Assembly (NCBI GenBank): GCA_016190935.1 | Contig: JACPPP010000133.1 | Span: forward strand, 1-56,427 | Direction: 5' to 3' | Length of the DNA stretch: 56,427 nt | Origin: Armatimonadota bacterium | GTDB taxonomy: Bacteria > Armatimonadota > UBA5829 > DTLH01 | Part shown: in pieces, positions 1 through 9,051 of the stretch | Numbering within the stretch: position 1 is the first letter of the stretch | Layout of the letters: the number at the start of each line of letters is the position of its first letter | Made by a program: the position numbers and the translations under genes | Notes under the pieces: generated by a model | What the model saw: the letters and a program-made list of their open reading frames with translations, nothing else | Told to the model about the DNA's origin: nothing | The model's database searches: none

Positions 1-4
1 AAGG

Positions 5-90
5 CATCCTGAGCCTGTCGAAGGGTGCCGACTACGAAGCGCCGCACCTTTCGTGCTTCGACACGCTCATCCTTCGACAAGCTCAGGATG
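5..90. repeat. Structured palindromic repeat element: 20-nt arms (5-24 and 71-90), 46-nt spacer with nested short stems
   Basis: catcctgagcctgtcgaagg (5-24) matches the reverse complement of ccttcgacaagctcaggatg (71-90) at 19/20 positions. Translation gives SLSKG / FDKLRM-like strings, which from memory resemble peptide strings produced when such non-coding repeats are translated. May be truncated by the window edge. Confidence 0.6.
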
Positions 91-150
91 GCTCAAGATG
101 CGGCGTATATTGCTCACGCCGGTTAAAAACGATGCTCCTGCGATGAGCTA

Positions 151-1282
151 GTGCTTACTTGCGTTATTAACAGATAGTATGGTACACTGAGGGCAAGGAG
201 GGATGCTGCCATGCCCAGACGTGCACCCGTTATCAGTTGTACATCCGAAGATATGGCGACTCTGACACAGTGGTCGCGTAGTCGAACAATGGAAGCACGC
301 ATTGTGGACCGCGCGGAAATCATTATGCGTTGTTTGAAAGGCGAACCGGTAAAGGACATCGCCGAAGCGCTTGCCACTCGCGCAAACACTGTGATTAAGT
401 GGCGAGACAGATTTACCAGGGAAGGTATCGGCGGTCTTTTCGACCGTCCGCGTACGGGTAAGCCTCGCCAATATGGCGACGAGTTTCGCAATGAACTTCT
501 TGCAACTCTGGAGCTTCCGCCGCCACCAGGCCAAGCGCAATGGGATGGCCCGTCGCTGGCCCGCCAGTTGAACGCATCCAAGGATGCTGTGTGGCGGGTA
601 CTGCGTAAAGAGCGCATATGTCTGTCTCGGCAGCGGAGTTGGTGCGTATCTACCGACCCGGAGTTTGCGGCGAAGGCCGCCGACATTATAGGGTTGTATC
701 TGAATCCGCCGCTGAACGCACTGGTCATCTCGGTTGATGAGAAGCCCAGCATCCAAGCGCTGGAGCGACGAACAGGATATGTGCAGACAACGAGCGGCAA
801 GATCGTGCGTGGCTACAAGAGCACTTACAAGCGCCACGGAACACTGAACCTCTTCGCGGCATTGGAGGTCGCCACTGGCATCGTTCACACGCAGACAACT
901 GCCAAGAAACGAAGAGTAGAGTTCCTTGAATTCATGGAAGATGTGCTCTCTGATTTGCCGTCCGCAGAAGAGATTCACGTTATTGTGGACAACTACTGTA
1001 TTCATAAGAAATGTGATGCCTGGCTTGCTGAGCATCCCCAGGTAACCTTTCACTATACGCCGACCTCCGCCAGTTGGCTCGATATGGTTGAGATTTGGTT
1101 TGGTATCCTATCACGAAAAGCATTACGTGGAGCCAGTTTCCGCTCCACAGAGGAACTACGCACCGCCATCGAGGCGTTCATAGCCGCGTATGAGCAAACC
1201 GCCAAACCATTTGTTTGGCGCAAACGCGAAGTCGCAGGATCGCAACTTCGAAATACTATTAGAAACTTCTGCAATTAAGCAC
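151..1282 (+). mobile_element. IS630-family insertion sequence (1132 bp) with TA target duplication inside CTAG
   Basis: Terminal inverted repeats: GTGCTTACTTGCG (151-163) versus the reverse complement of 1270-1282 (GTGCTTAATTGCA), 11/13 matches. TA lies at 149-150 and 1283-1284, and both junctions read CTAG. One intact transposase ORF is inside. Confidence 0.8.
211..1278 (+). CDS. IS630-family (Tc1/mariner-like DDE) transposase, 355 aa, apparently intact
   Basis: N-terminal HTH region (IVDRAEIIMRCLKGEPVKDIAEAL..NTVIKWRDRF..EGIGGL.DRPRTGKP). DDE region (VISVDEKPSIQALE ... IHVIVDNYCIHKK ... TPTSASWLDMVEIWFGIL). AAGGAGGG RBS upstream of the ATG. Confidence 0.9.
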   Translation: MPRRAPVISCTSEDMATLTQWSRSRTMEARIVDRAEIIMRCLKGEPVKDIAEALATRANTVIKWRDRFTREGIGGLFDRPRTGKPRQYGDEFRNELLATLELPPPPGQAQWDGPSLARQLNASKDAVWRVLRKERICLSRQRSWCVSTDPEFAAKAADIIGLYLNPPLNALVISVDEKPSIQALERRTGYVQTTSGKIVRGYKSTYKRHGTLNLFAALEVATGIVHTQTTAKKRRVEFLEFMEDVLSDLPSAEEIHVIVDNYCIHKKCDAWLAEHPQVTFHYTPTSASWLDMVEIWFGILSRKALRGASFRSTEELRTAIEAFIAAYEQTAKPFVWRKREVAGSQLRNTIRNFCN

Positions 1283-1286
1283 TAGC

Positions 1287-1646
1287 TGGATACTCGACCA
1301 GATCAAGAAGCTGGGTTACACCGGCGGCTATACGATAGTCAAGGACCTGGTCCGGGGGCTAAAGCATGAGAAAAGCCGGATCGCATATCTTCGTTTTGAG
1401 ACTGAGCCGGGGAGACAGGCACAGGTGGACTTCGGGGATTTCAAAGTAGTGGAGGCGGATAGCAGCGAGAGAACCCTTGCTCACTTGGGTGGTGTTCCGG
1501 CTGAGATCCTCTACGACCGGATGAAGAATGTGTTCATCAAGAAGCTTGCGGGCAGGGGTCAGTTCACACAGGGGCTTATGACGCTTGCCGACCACTATGG
1601 CTTCGAGAGGGAGGTAGCTCCGGCTTACTCGCCGTGGGTGAAAGAC
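1287..1646 (+). pseudogene. IS21-family IstA transposase remnant; N-terminus, central DDE segment and C-terminus are missing
   Basis: WILDQIKKLGYTGGYTIVKDLV...LRFETEPGRQAQVDFGDF, then directly LGGVPAEILYDRMKNVFIK...LADHYGFEREVAPAYSPWVK. This parallels IS21 IstA (..MGYTGG...FETQPG..QHDWGE.. / FGGCVKTVLVDN...LADHYNF..RACRP) with about 90 aa deleted between the two blocks. The frame is closed by a stop just upstream. Confidence 0.75.
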
Positions 1647-1657
1647 TATGCTTCATA

Positions 1658-2505
1658 CTACACCTCATTGGTTGTATTCGGCGTAACTTTGCTTCTTCTG
1701 TGCTTCCATTTCTCGGGTCGGCTGTCCGGATTGTATTCGTACAGGCACTCCTTCTTGTCATTATAGTAATACGCCGTAAGCATACCCCAGTCCCTCCATA
1801 TCCTCACGGTGCGGGTCGAGACTCCAAGCGCATCGGCCATCTCAGTGACCGTCAGCAGACCATTCTCACGAAGCCGGTCGTAGCGAGGTTTGAGATTGTA
1901 GCTGCGGCGGATCTTCTGGACAAGGGACGCTGAGAAGGAAAGCCCCATCGGCGACGGTATTCCACGCCTTATCAGTATTTCAGCAATCTGCCCTTCGGTA
2001 TAGTGGTCGAGAAGACAGTCGATTTCCTTGACCACATCGGGCTTTGCCCTGCGCAGATCAGGTGCGCGAAGCGGCAGCGGAAGTGTGAGCGTTCTCGTCG
2101 CTCCCCCTTTAACCGAACATGCGCCGTTATCTGCCGGCCACGCACAAGTGTGACATCCTCGATGAGGAGCCGGACCATCCGCTTGCGCTCACGCTGAGGA
2201 GTCTTCGGATTGTTCCACAGCCTCGGAAAATCGGTCGCAAGCGCAATGATCTGCTTTTTCTTTTCATCGTCGAGTATAGCGCGATCCGCCTCACGGGCTC
2301 GCTCGTACTCTTCCTGAGAGTTGTCCAGAGCCTTGAGTTTCCCGTTCCACTCGGCTTCCAGAACATCGGCCACCAGCCGGTTGTCAGGGTCCACCTGCAT
2401 GTATCTTCGACGGGCAAGTTCCGCTTCATAACGAGCCCGCTCAACCTGCTTCATTCGAAGACTGTCGGCATCATCGATCCTCGACTGCAACTCCTGCTGC
2501 ACCGG
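1658..2505 (-). pseudogene. Large serine recombinase, C-terminal coiled-coil/HTH part only, frameshifted
   Basis: RYEAELARRRYMQVDPDNRLVADVLEAEWNGKLKAL...FPRLWNNPKTPQRERKRMVRLLIEDVTL continues in another frame as VKGGATRTLTLPLPL...VVKEIDCLLDHYTEGQIAEIL...GLLTVTEMADALGVSTRTVRIWRDWG. The frame change coincides with a C5/G5 run at 2103-2107. No resolvase catalytic domain is present upstream. Confidence 0.65.
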
Positions 2506-2622
2506 CATAGCAGGGATTATGCAGGATATCGAGCGTCCTGCTGTGGGTGAGTTCGCCCCAGAAAAGGTCGCCCCTGAGAGGTCCCTTCCTCTGCCGCCTT
2601 GGAAAAAGCATACTGCCTTCCC

Positions 2623-3718
2623 ATGGGTGATTATAGCACTTTGAATGATTTTAGAAACGAACTGTATCGTTGTTTTGGCAATGGTAAGGATGCTCTGATG
2701 AACACCTGCGATGCCCTGCTTTGTGGCACGGGCATTCACTCGTTCCCAGAGCTATCCTTATCTGTGTTCTTTGGCAGTCGCTGACCCAGTCTCTATGAAG
2801 CGTTCGATGACGCTCTCGATTGACCGACCTGCGCTACAGCGACTCTTCGTCCGCGGGATGCCGCCCGTCTCTCCCTGTGAGCGACGGATACTCGCCGGGG
2901 ATGTGACCTCGATCCTGCGCCCGGAGTCACTGACGGCTCGGGATCGAACCTATGTGCATGTCTCCAACGCTCCCAAAGGCGCAAAACCCGTCTTGCCCGG
3001 ATGGCAGTTCGCCACCATAGCGGCTTTGCCGGACACTCCCGGCTCTTCGACGACCATTCTCTCGAACACCCGAGTGAGCAGCGAAGAAAAACCCACAGAG
3101 GTCGTCGCTCAGCTCTTAGCCAGACTCGCGCCTGAGTTGCCCGAAGACACAATAGTCACGTTGGATGGCGAGCCTTTCTCACTAAACAAGCCTGAGACGC
3201 ATGCTGGCACAACCTGCATTTCTGAAAATGCCGTGAGGCCACTCTCTCCCTCTTCCGAGTCACGCGGCTTTCCGGCCCTGATACCAAACGAAATCCAAGA
3301 GTCATCTGGCTCATCTGGCAAGGGCCGCTCATGCCTGCGCTTGAACGTGTTCCCGGTTACTATCGCCTGCGATACTGTATAGAACACAGATGTCGGTTCG
3401 ACAAACAGGAACTGCACTCTCGCGGATGCCAGGCTCTCGACACCAGAGAAGTTCCAGGCTTGGACCGATATTGTCAGTGCTGCACATAACCAGATCACCA
3501 TAGCGCGCGCATATCAACAAGACATCCGTCGTCCCTGGGCTAAAAGTACAATGGAAGCCACTCCAAGCCAAGTGCGCGCCGGTCTGCCACGAATTATTGC
3601 CACGTTGGGTACACCGGCAAGACCTGCACAACCCAGAGGAAAATCCCCAGGCAGGCCATTTGGAGCCGTCATAAACAAACGACCGCGCTTCAAAACAGTC
3701 TTTAAGCAGGCTGCTTGA
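2623..3718 (+). pseudogene. IS701-like DDE transposase remnant (in-frame stop, frameshifts, internal deletion)
   Basis: N-terminus DALMNTCDALLC...SFPELSLSVFFGSR(stop)PSLYEAF.., then a shifted frame IDRPALQRLF...RILAGDVTSILRPESLTARDRTYVHV....KPVLPGWQFATIAAL. The C-terminal signature PWAKSTMEATPSQVRAGLPRIIATLGTPARPAQPRGKSPGRPFG is in yet another frame. The middle of the catalytic region is too short. Confidence 0.6.
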
Positions 3719-3782
3719 ATTATTTCTTTAGTCTAAACGCCAATCATTGGGGAGCATGATGATAATACCAGAACCTACTGCT

Positions 3783-4763
3783 TCACTCATGGGAGTCATC
3801 CGGCCATACGAGCGCCGATGCCGGACGTTTGCCCTGGAGACAATCCCTCGCAGCTTCAGCAGCCTTGGTCTGTAGCAGTTCCATTGCCCTTTCGGATACC
3901 CAAGCCGAATGACTGGTTAGAATTATATTTGGAAGATCCCGAAGAGGACTCTCACTAGGCAGCGGTTCCGACTCAAAAGTATCAAGCCCCGCCCCGGCGA
4001 GTTTCCCAGACTTGAGCGCGTCCATCAGGTCTACCTCATTCACGACCTGACCACGGGCGGTGTTGACCAGAATTGCGCCGTTCTTCATTTTCGAGATGGC
4101 CTCGCTGTTGATGAGATGCCTGGTCTCGGGTACTAACGGGCAGTGCAGGGATACTACGTCCGACTCGCTAAGTAAAGTCTCGAAATCGACCCGTGTTACT
4201 TTGGCCTCCTCAAACAGCGAATCGGGCGCAAGTGGGTCAAAGGCTATCATCCGAAACCCAAGAGGCCGTACTTTTCGGGCCAACGCTCGAGCCAGCTTGC
4301 CGAAGCTCACCAAGCCAAGCGTCATATCTGAGAGCGCTGGCATCGGGCGGAACTGGTTGATGTCCCATTTACCCTGAATGATGTTGCTATGGTCGTGCGG
4401 TATACGCCGCGCAAGAGAGAGTATCATCGCCAGGGCGTGATTGGATACTTCCTCGACGCAGTAGTCGGGAACATTCGCCGCAGTGACTCCAAGATCCCTG
4501 CAAGCATCCAGGTCAAAGTTATTGACCCCAATTCCAAACCTGACAAGACACTTCACACGCGGCAATGACTCCAGCACGTATCTCGTGATCGGCGCATACA
4601 ATACCAGCAGCGCATCCGCGTCCATGCAATTGCGGACCACGTCGTCCTCGGTCTTACAGTAGGGATCAATCTCCCGAACGGCGATTCCCGCCGGTTCCAG
4701 CACCCGCTTCTCCGGCTCTATCGAGGGAAAACAGTAGTGATCGGTTATTATGACTTTGCTCAT
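3783..4763 (-). CDS. D-isomer-specific 2-hydroxyacid dehydrogenase family (CtBP/PGDH-like), 326 aa
   Basis: Two-domain pattern with an NAD Rossmann segment (LGLVSFGKLARALARKVRPLGFRMIAFDP). Catalytic region (LVNTARGQVV...LDTFESEP...ILTSHSAW). Paralogue of 10407-11363. Confidence 0.8.
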   Translation of the reverse strand: MSKVIITDHYCFPSIEPEKRVLEPAGIAVREIDPYCKTEDDVVRNCMDADALLVLYAPITRYVLESLPRVKCLVRFGIGVNNFDLDACRDLGVTAANVPDYCVEEVSNHALAMILSLARRIPHDHSNIIQGKWDINQFRPMPALSDMTLGLVSFGKLARALARKVRPLGFRMIAFDPLAPDSLFEEAKVTRVDFETLLSESDVVSLHCPLVPETRHLINSEAISKMKNGAILVNTARGQVVNEVDLMDALKSGKLAGAGLDTFESEPLPSESPLRDLPNIILTSHSAWVSERAMELLQTKAAEAARDCLQGKRPASALVWPDDSHE

Positions 4764-4845
4764 AGTCTAACCAACATTATTACGAGCAGATCAAGGCCGG
4801 AATAGCGCCCGGCCACTACATATTTTCATGGGGTAACGTTTCCGA

Positions 4846-5865
4846 CTAAGCAGTGACGCCCTCTTTGGCGCAGCGGGCAAGATCAAGAGTGACGTCCAGA
4901 ATCCAGTCCTCCTGTCCGGCCATGGCCTTTCTGCGCCCCAGTTCCACGAGTATCTCGACCGGATCCACTCCATACTTCTCCCCAAGGCGCTTCGCGTGAA
5001 GAAGGAATGTGGAGTAGACACCAGCATAGCCAATCGCTATTGCATCACGATCTGGAATGGGTTGAAAAGTCATGAAAGGCGCGACCACGAACTCAGCGGC
5101 GGCCATCAGCCGGAAGACATCAAGACCCGGATTGGATCCCATCTTGTCCAGCACGGCAACAATAGCCTCGGTGGCCGCGTTGCCGGCCCCAGCGCCCAGA
5201 CCGCGCAGCGTTCCGTCAACCCAGTCAGCCCCGGCTTCGAGGGCGGCCACGGTGTTTCCAACCGCGAGACCGAGGTTGTTGTGAGCATGAAACCCGACGG
5301 GAATTTGGAGGGCGTCTTTGAATGCGTGCACACGATCCACCACATCCCCAGGAAGCATCGCGCCTGCCGAATCGACGATGTAGACACAGTCCGCCCCGTA
5401 GGACTCCATCAGCCCGGCCTGCTCCACCAGAACCTCAGGTGAACGCATGTGCGCCATCATCAAGAATCCAACCGCTTCCAGTCCCATCTCCTTGGCAATG
5501 CCAAAGTGCTGTTCGGATATATCCGCTTCAGTGCACTGGGTGGCGATCCTGACCATTTGGGCGCCTCGATCGATGGCTTCCGTGAGTTCCTTGCGAGTGC
5601 CGATGCCGGGAATCTGAAGAACGGCAATCCTGGCGTTTTTAGTAACCGATCTTGCAGCCTCGATCATCTCCATCTCGTGAGTCAATGAGAAGCCGTACTG
5701 GATGGATGATCCCGCCAGGCCGTCACCATGGGTAACCTCGATGACATGCACCCCGGCTTCATCCAGGGCTTTGGTCACTTCGCGAACCTGGTCGAGCGTG
5801 AATTGATGCCGCATCGCATGGGAACCATCCCTCAGCGTGGTGTCGATTATTCTAGGGGATTTCAT
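4846..5865 (-). CDS. dmpG: 4-hydroxy-2-oxovalerate (4-hydroxy-2-oxoacid) aldolase, DmpG/MhpE/BphI family
   Basis: [18 protein letters not shown]...[14 protein letters not shown]...[41 protein letters not shown]. 4-nt overlap with the upstream dmpF-like gene. Confidence 0.88.
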   Translation of the reverse strand: MKSPRIIDTTLRDGSHAMRHQFTLDQVREVTKALDEAGVHVIEVTHGDGLAGSSIQYGFSLTHEMEMIEAARSVTKNARIAVLQIPGIGTRKELTEAIDRGAQMVRIATQCTEADISEQHFGIAKEMGLEAVGFLMMAHMRSPEVLVEQAGLMESYGADCVYIVDSAGAMLPGDVVDRVHAFKDALQIPVGFHAHNNLGLAVGNTVAALEAGADWVDGTLRGLGAGAGNAATEAIVAVLDKMGSNPGLDVFRLMAAAEFVVAPFMTFQPIPDRDAIAIGYAGVYSTFLLHAKRLGEKYGVDPVEILVELGRRKAMAGQEDWILDVTLDLARCAKEGVTA

Positions 5866-6785
5866 ACCGTCACCTCCTGAGAACGCTCCGCTATCAGTTC
5901 TCCGACCCTGTATGCCGAAGCAGTCATGATATCCAAATTGCCCGCGTAAGTAGGGAGATAGTCACCTGCCCCCTCGACCTCCAGCAGCATCGCGATAATG
6001 GTCTTCATTCCCCAGGGAGTATCCCTGCGGTCGAATACGGGAGGGTTCTTGAGCCTGTAGCCGGGCACATACCGTTGAACGTCAGTGACCATCCGCTCGA
6101 CGGAGTCAGTGATGGCCTGCTCGTCTAACTCGTCCTGATCCGGCACGACATAGACCGTATTGCGCATGAGTATAGGTGGGTCCGCGGGATTCAGGACGAT
6201 TATCGCCTTTCCAAGACGTGCGCCGCCCAGGGTTTCGAGGCCTCGCGAGGTTGTAAATGTGAATTCGTCGATGTTCTGCCTTGTGCCAGGGCCGGCAGAT
6301 AGACTCGCTACAGTGCTGACCATCTCAGCGTAAGCGACCGGCGTCACTCTGTTTACCGCGTAGACCAGAGGAATCGTCGCCTGACCACCACAAGTGATCA
6401 TGTTGATATTAGGCTTGTCCAGGTGTTCCTCAAGGTTCACAGGAGGAACGACATAAGGCCCGACTGCGGCAGGGGTAAGATCGATTGCCATCTTGCCTGC
6501 CTCACGCAGCAATTCCGCGACCTTGATATGTGCCCCGGCGCTGGTCGCGTCAAAAACAATCCTTATGTCGGGGTCATCCAGTATCGCATTCACCCCATCA
6601 TGACTTGCATTCACTCCAAGAGACCTTGCACGAGCCAGACCCTCCGACCTCGGATCTATCCCCGCAAGCAGCGCCATTTCCATCCATCCCTGTTGCTTCA
6701 GGAGCTTATGCATCAGATCGCTCCCAATGTTGCCTGAACCGAGTATGGCTGCCTTCACCCTGCTGTTCCCAACACTTGCACTCAT
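5862..6785 (-). CDS. dmpF: Acetaldehyde dehydrogenase (acylating), DmpF/MhpF/BphJ family
   Basis: [20 protein letters not shown]...[14 protein letters not shown] pattern. About 307 aa, paired and overlapping with the aldolase. AGGAG RBS. Confidence 0.88.
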   Translation of the reverse strand: MSASVGNSRVKAAILGSGNIGSDLMHKLLKQQGWMEMALLAGIDPRSEGLARARSLGVNASHDGVNAILDDPDIRIVFDATSAGAHIKVAELLREAGKMAIDLTPAAVGPYVVPPVNLEEHLDKPNINMITCGGQATIPLVYAVNRVTPVAYAEMVSTVASLSAGPGTRQNIDEFTFTTSRGLETLGGARLGKAIIVLNPADPPILMRNTVYVVPDQDELDEQAITDSVERMVTDVQRYVPGYRLKNPPVFDRRDTPWGMKTIIAMLLEVEGAGDYLPTYAGNLDIMTASAYRVGELIAERSQEVTV

Positions 6786-6800
6786 TATGCACTCTCCTGC

Positions 6801-8009
6801 TTATCGATTAATTGCGGAACTGAGCTTAAGCTGCACAGTTCCTTGCGAAAGAAAGTTATAGCACTCCCGCACTACTACGAGTTCTTCGTTCGTAGGCACT
6901 ACCCAGACCTCAACCTTTGATTCCTCCGATGATATCCTGTACTCCGTAGCGGCACAGCTTTCGTTCTTCGAGTAGTCCAGCAGGATGCCGAGTCCGTCCA
7001 AACCTTCCAGTATACGCCTTCGAATGTAAGAGCTTCCTTCTCCCGTACCACCGGCGAATGTAATGACATCGACACCACCAAGCGTGAACACGAACCCGCC
7101 GAGACACTTGCGTATGGCATACACATACATGTCGATTGCGAGCCTTGCCCTCTGGAGGCCTTCCCCGGCCGCTTTCTCCAGATCCCGCACATCGAATCCT
7201 ATGCCCGATATGGCGGAAAGCCCTCCCTCGAATGTCAAGCGATTTACTACCTCTTCCATGGAGCCTTCGCCTTGCGACACGAGGAACGGGACCAGAAAAG
7301 CGTCCATATCCGACGAGCGCTCCGACTGCGGAAGTCCACTCTGGGTGGAGAAACCAAATGACGAGTCTACCGCCACTCCGCCGCTTATCGCGGCAATTGA
7401 CGAACTTCCTCCGAGGTGGCAGGTGATTGCCTTGATCTCTTCGACTTTCCTTCCCATGAGTTCCGCAACTCGGCAGTTCACATAATAGTGACTCGCGCTG
7501 TGCCATCCCTGTCTGCGTATCGCGTACTTCTGAGTCCAGTCCCAGGGAATGGGGTAGATAGTCGCGTGATCCGGCATCTTGTCGAAGAAGAAGTTTTCGA
7601 ACAGGCCAACCATAGGAACATCCGGTAAGATGCAGCGGAAATCCTTAACTGCTTCGATATACATCGGATTATGCAGCGGCGCCATAATGTTCGAGTACTC
7701 GTCCATAGCCAAGAGCACTGTATCATCCATATATTGGCAGCCGCTGATGACCCTGGCATACACGGGCTTGAACGCCACAGCATCGATTTCAGGCAAATCA
7801 AGCCTATCTACTATCAATCGGACAGCGGAAAGCCTGTCGAGAATGGGTATTTCCACCCTTTGAAGTTCACCTGAGTCAGTCCACTCGAGACGTGCTGCTT
7901 CCGATCTCACCCGTTCGATTCTGGCTTTACAGAGCACCGTCTCCGCAGGCATATCGAAGAGCTGACACTTCAGCGAGGAACTCCCAACATTAACAACAAG
8001 GATTTTCAT
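6801..8009 (-). CDS. ackA: Acetate/propionate kinase family
   Basis: MKILVVNVGSSSLKCQLF N-terminal ASKHA motif, about 400 aa. ATGA overlap with the upstream phosphotransacylase. Confidence 0.8.
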   Translation of the reverse strand: MKILVVNVGSSSLKCQLFDMPAETVLCKARIERVRSEAARLEWTDSGELQRVEIPILDRLSAVRLIVDRLDLPEIDAVAFKPVYARVISGCQYMDDTVLLAMDEYSNIMAPLHNPMYIEAVKDFRCILPDVPMVGLFENFFFDKMPDHATIYPIPWDWTQKYAIRRQGWHSASHYYVNCRVAELMGRKVEEIKAITCHLGGSSSIAAISGGVAVDSSFGFSTQSGLPQSERSSDMDAFLVPFLVSQGEGSMEEVVNRLTFEGGLSAISGIGFDVRDLEKAAGEGLQRARLAIDMYVYAIRKCLGGFVFTLGGVDVITFAGGTGEGSSYIRRRILEGLDGLGILLDYSKNESCAATEYRISSEESKVEVWVVPTNEELVVVRECYNFLSQGTVQLKLSSAINR

Positions 8010-9046
8010 GCTGCTGTTCCCTCACGACACGACTCGACGGGTAACTGCGCCCCGGTAAAGAGTATGCTTGCCGCTATCTCATCAATGCTTGCTCCGCGTG
8101 AGTGATCGCTGACACAGCCATTCAGACCGAGCAGCGGTTCGCCGACCAGCATTCCATCACCCATAAGCAGCATTGCCTTGCAGGCGATATTGCCTGACTG
8201 AAGATCCGGGAAAACGAGAACGTTGGCTCTTCCCGCCACTTCCGATGCGCGTTTGATCTTTTTTGCCGCCACAGCCGGAGAAACGGCTGTATCAAATTGA
8301 AACTCACCGTCTATGCAGATATCGGGTCTGCGCTCCTTCACAATATCGAGCGCCCTTACCACTTTGTCCACCATTTCGTTCCGTGCGCTGCCAAGCGTCG
8401 AAAACGACAGCATTGCTACGCGCGGCTTCTCTGGAAGGACCAAACCGGCCTTGTCCGCAGAAAGTATCGCAATATCCGCGAGTTCCTCCGCGGTAGGGTA
8501 AGGAATGATAGCCGGGTCAGCGGCGGCTAACACCAGGTCATCTCCAAGCGGAATATGTGAGAATGTCATCACGACCATGGCGCTCACCTTGCCGATACCG
8601 GGCTGCAGCCCGAGTATCTTGATGGCCGGGCGAGCCACATCCCCGGTCGAATAGTGGACTCCCGAGCATACACCGTGGACTAACCCTCGCCTGTGCAGCA
8701 TGCATGCAAAATAGATTGGTTCATGGATTAACTGCCTTACCTGATCAATTGAGAGGTTGTCTTTGTCGCGAATCGAAGCGTACTCATCACACATTTCCTC
8801 GAAATATCGGAATTCGTCTGGATCGATGATCTCAAGGCCATTTATATTGAGTCCATGTTGGCCTGCCAGGGAGTAGATTTCCGAACGCGAGCCGGTCAAG
8901 ACTACATCCAGCCAACCGTCCTGATGTACCCGGCAGGCGGCTGCAAGCACTCGCTCATCGAACTGCGCATCAGGTACAGCTACCCGAGGATGAGCAGCCC
9001 CAGCTTTGTCGATCAGGTATTCGATGTAAGGATGCACAGCCGACAT
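8006..9046 (-). CDS. pta: Phosphate acetyl/butyryl-transferase (stand-alone PTA_PTB domain), 346 aa
   Basis: Typical PTA_PTB length and C-terminal pattern (NVLVFPDLQSGNIACKAM). Start moved to the ATG at 9046, which has a GAGGA RBS 8 nt upstream. Acyl specificity cannot be read from the sequence. Confidence 0.7.
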   Translation of the reverse strand: MSAVHPYIEYLIDKAGAAHPRVAVPDAQFDERVLAAACRVHQDGWLDVVLTGSRSEIYSLAGQHGLNINGLEIIDPDEFRYFEEMCDEYASIRDKDNLSIDQVRQLIHEPIYFACMLHRRGLVHGVCSGVHYSTGDVARPAIKILGLQPGIGKVSAMVVMTFSHIPLGDDLVLAAADPAIIPYPTAEELADIAILSADKAGLVLPEKPRVAMLSFSTLGSARNEMVDKVVRALDIVKERRPDICIDGEFQFDTAVSPAVAAKKIKRASEVAGRANVLVFPDLQSGNIACKAMLLMGDGMLVGEPLLGLNGCVSDHSRGASIDEIAASILFTGAQLPVESCREGTAA

Positions 9047-9051
9047 CACTA

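Noticed and set aside
123-1053. Long minus-strand ORFs (123-800 and 148-1053) opposite the IS630 transposase. Similar antisense ORFs occur throughout, for example 16274-17149, 20555-21199, 27243-27923, 30094-30837, 36729-37469, 50185-50715 and 50468-51088.
   Set aside because: These are shadow ORFs on the strand opposite genes with clear family signatures. Their composition is low-complexity and rich in Arg, Ser and Pro, they have no RBS, and no recognisable motifs.
1972-2739. A 255-aa ORF that could be read as an intact gene.
   Set aside because: Only the part downstream of about 2505 resembles a serine recombinase. The N-terminal 78 codons are read-through into the neighbouring IS remnant, and the true continuation is in another frame (1658-2035).
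4795-4814. GC hairpin (GGCCGG-8 nt-CCGGCC) in the 82-nt gap before the last gene of the 14-gene operon, considered as a terminator or attenuator.
   Set aside because: The stem is only 6 bp and there is no T-tract on the transcribed strand. It cannot be distinguished from a chance palindrome.
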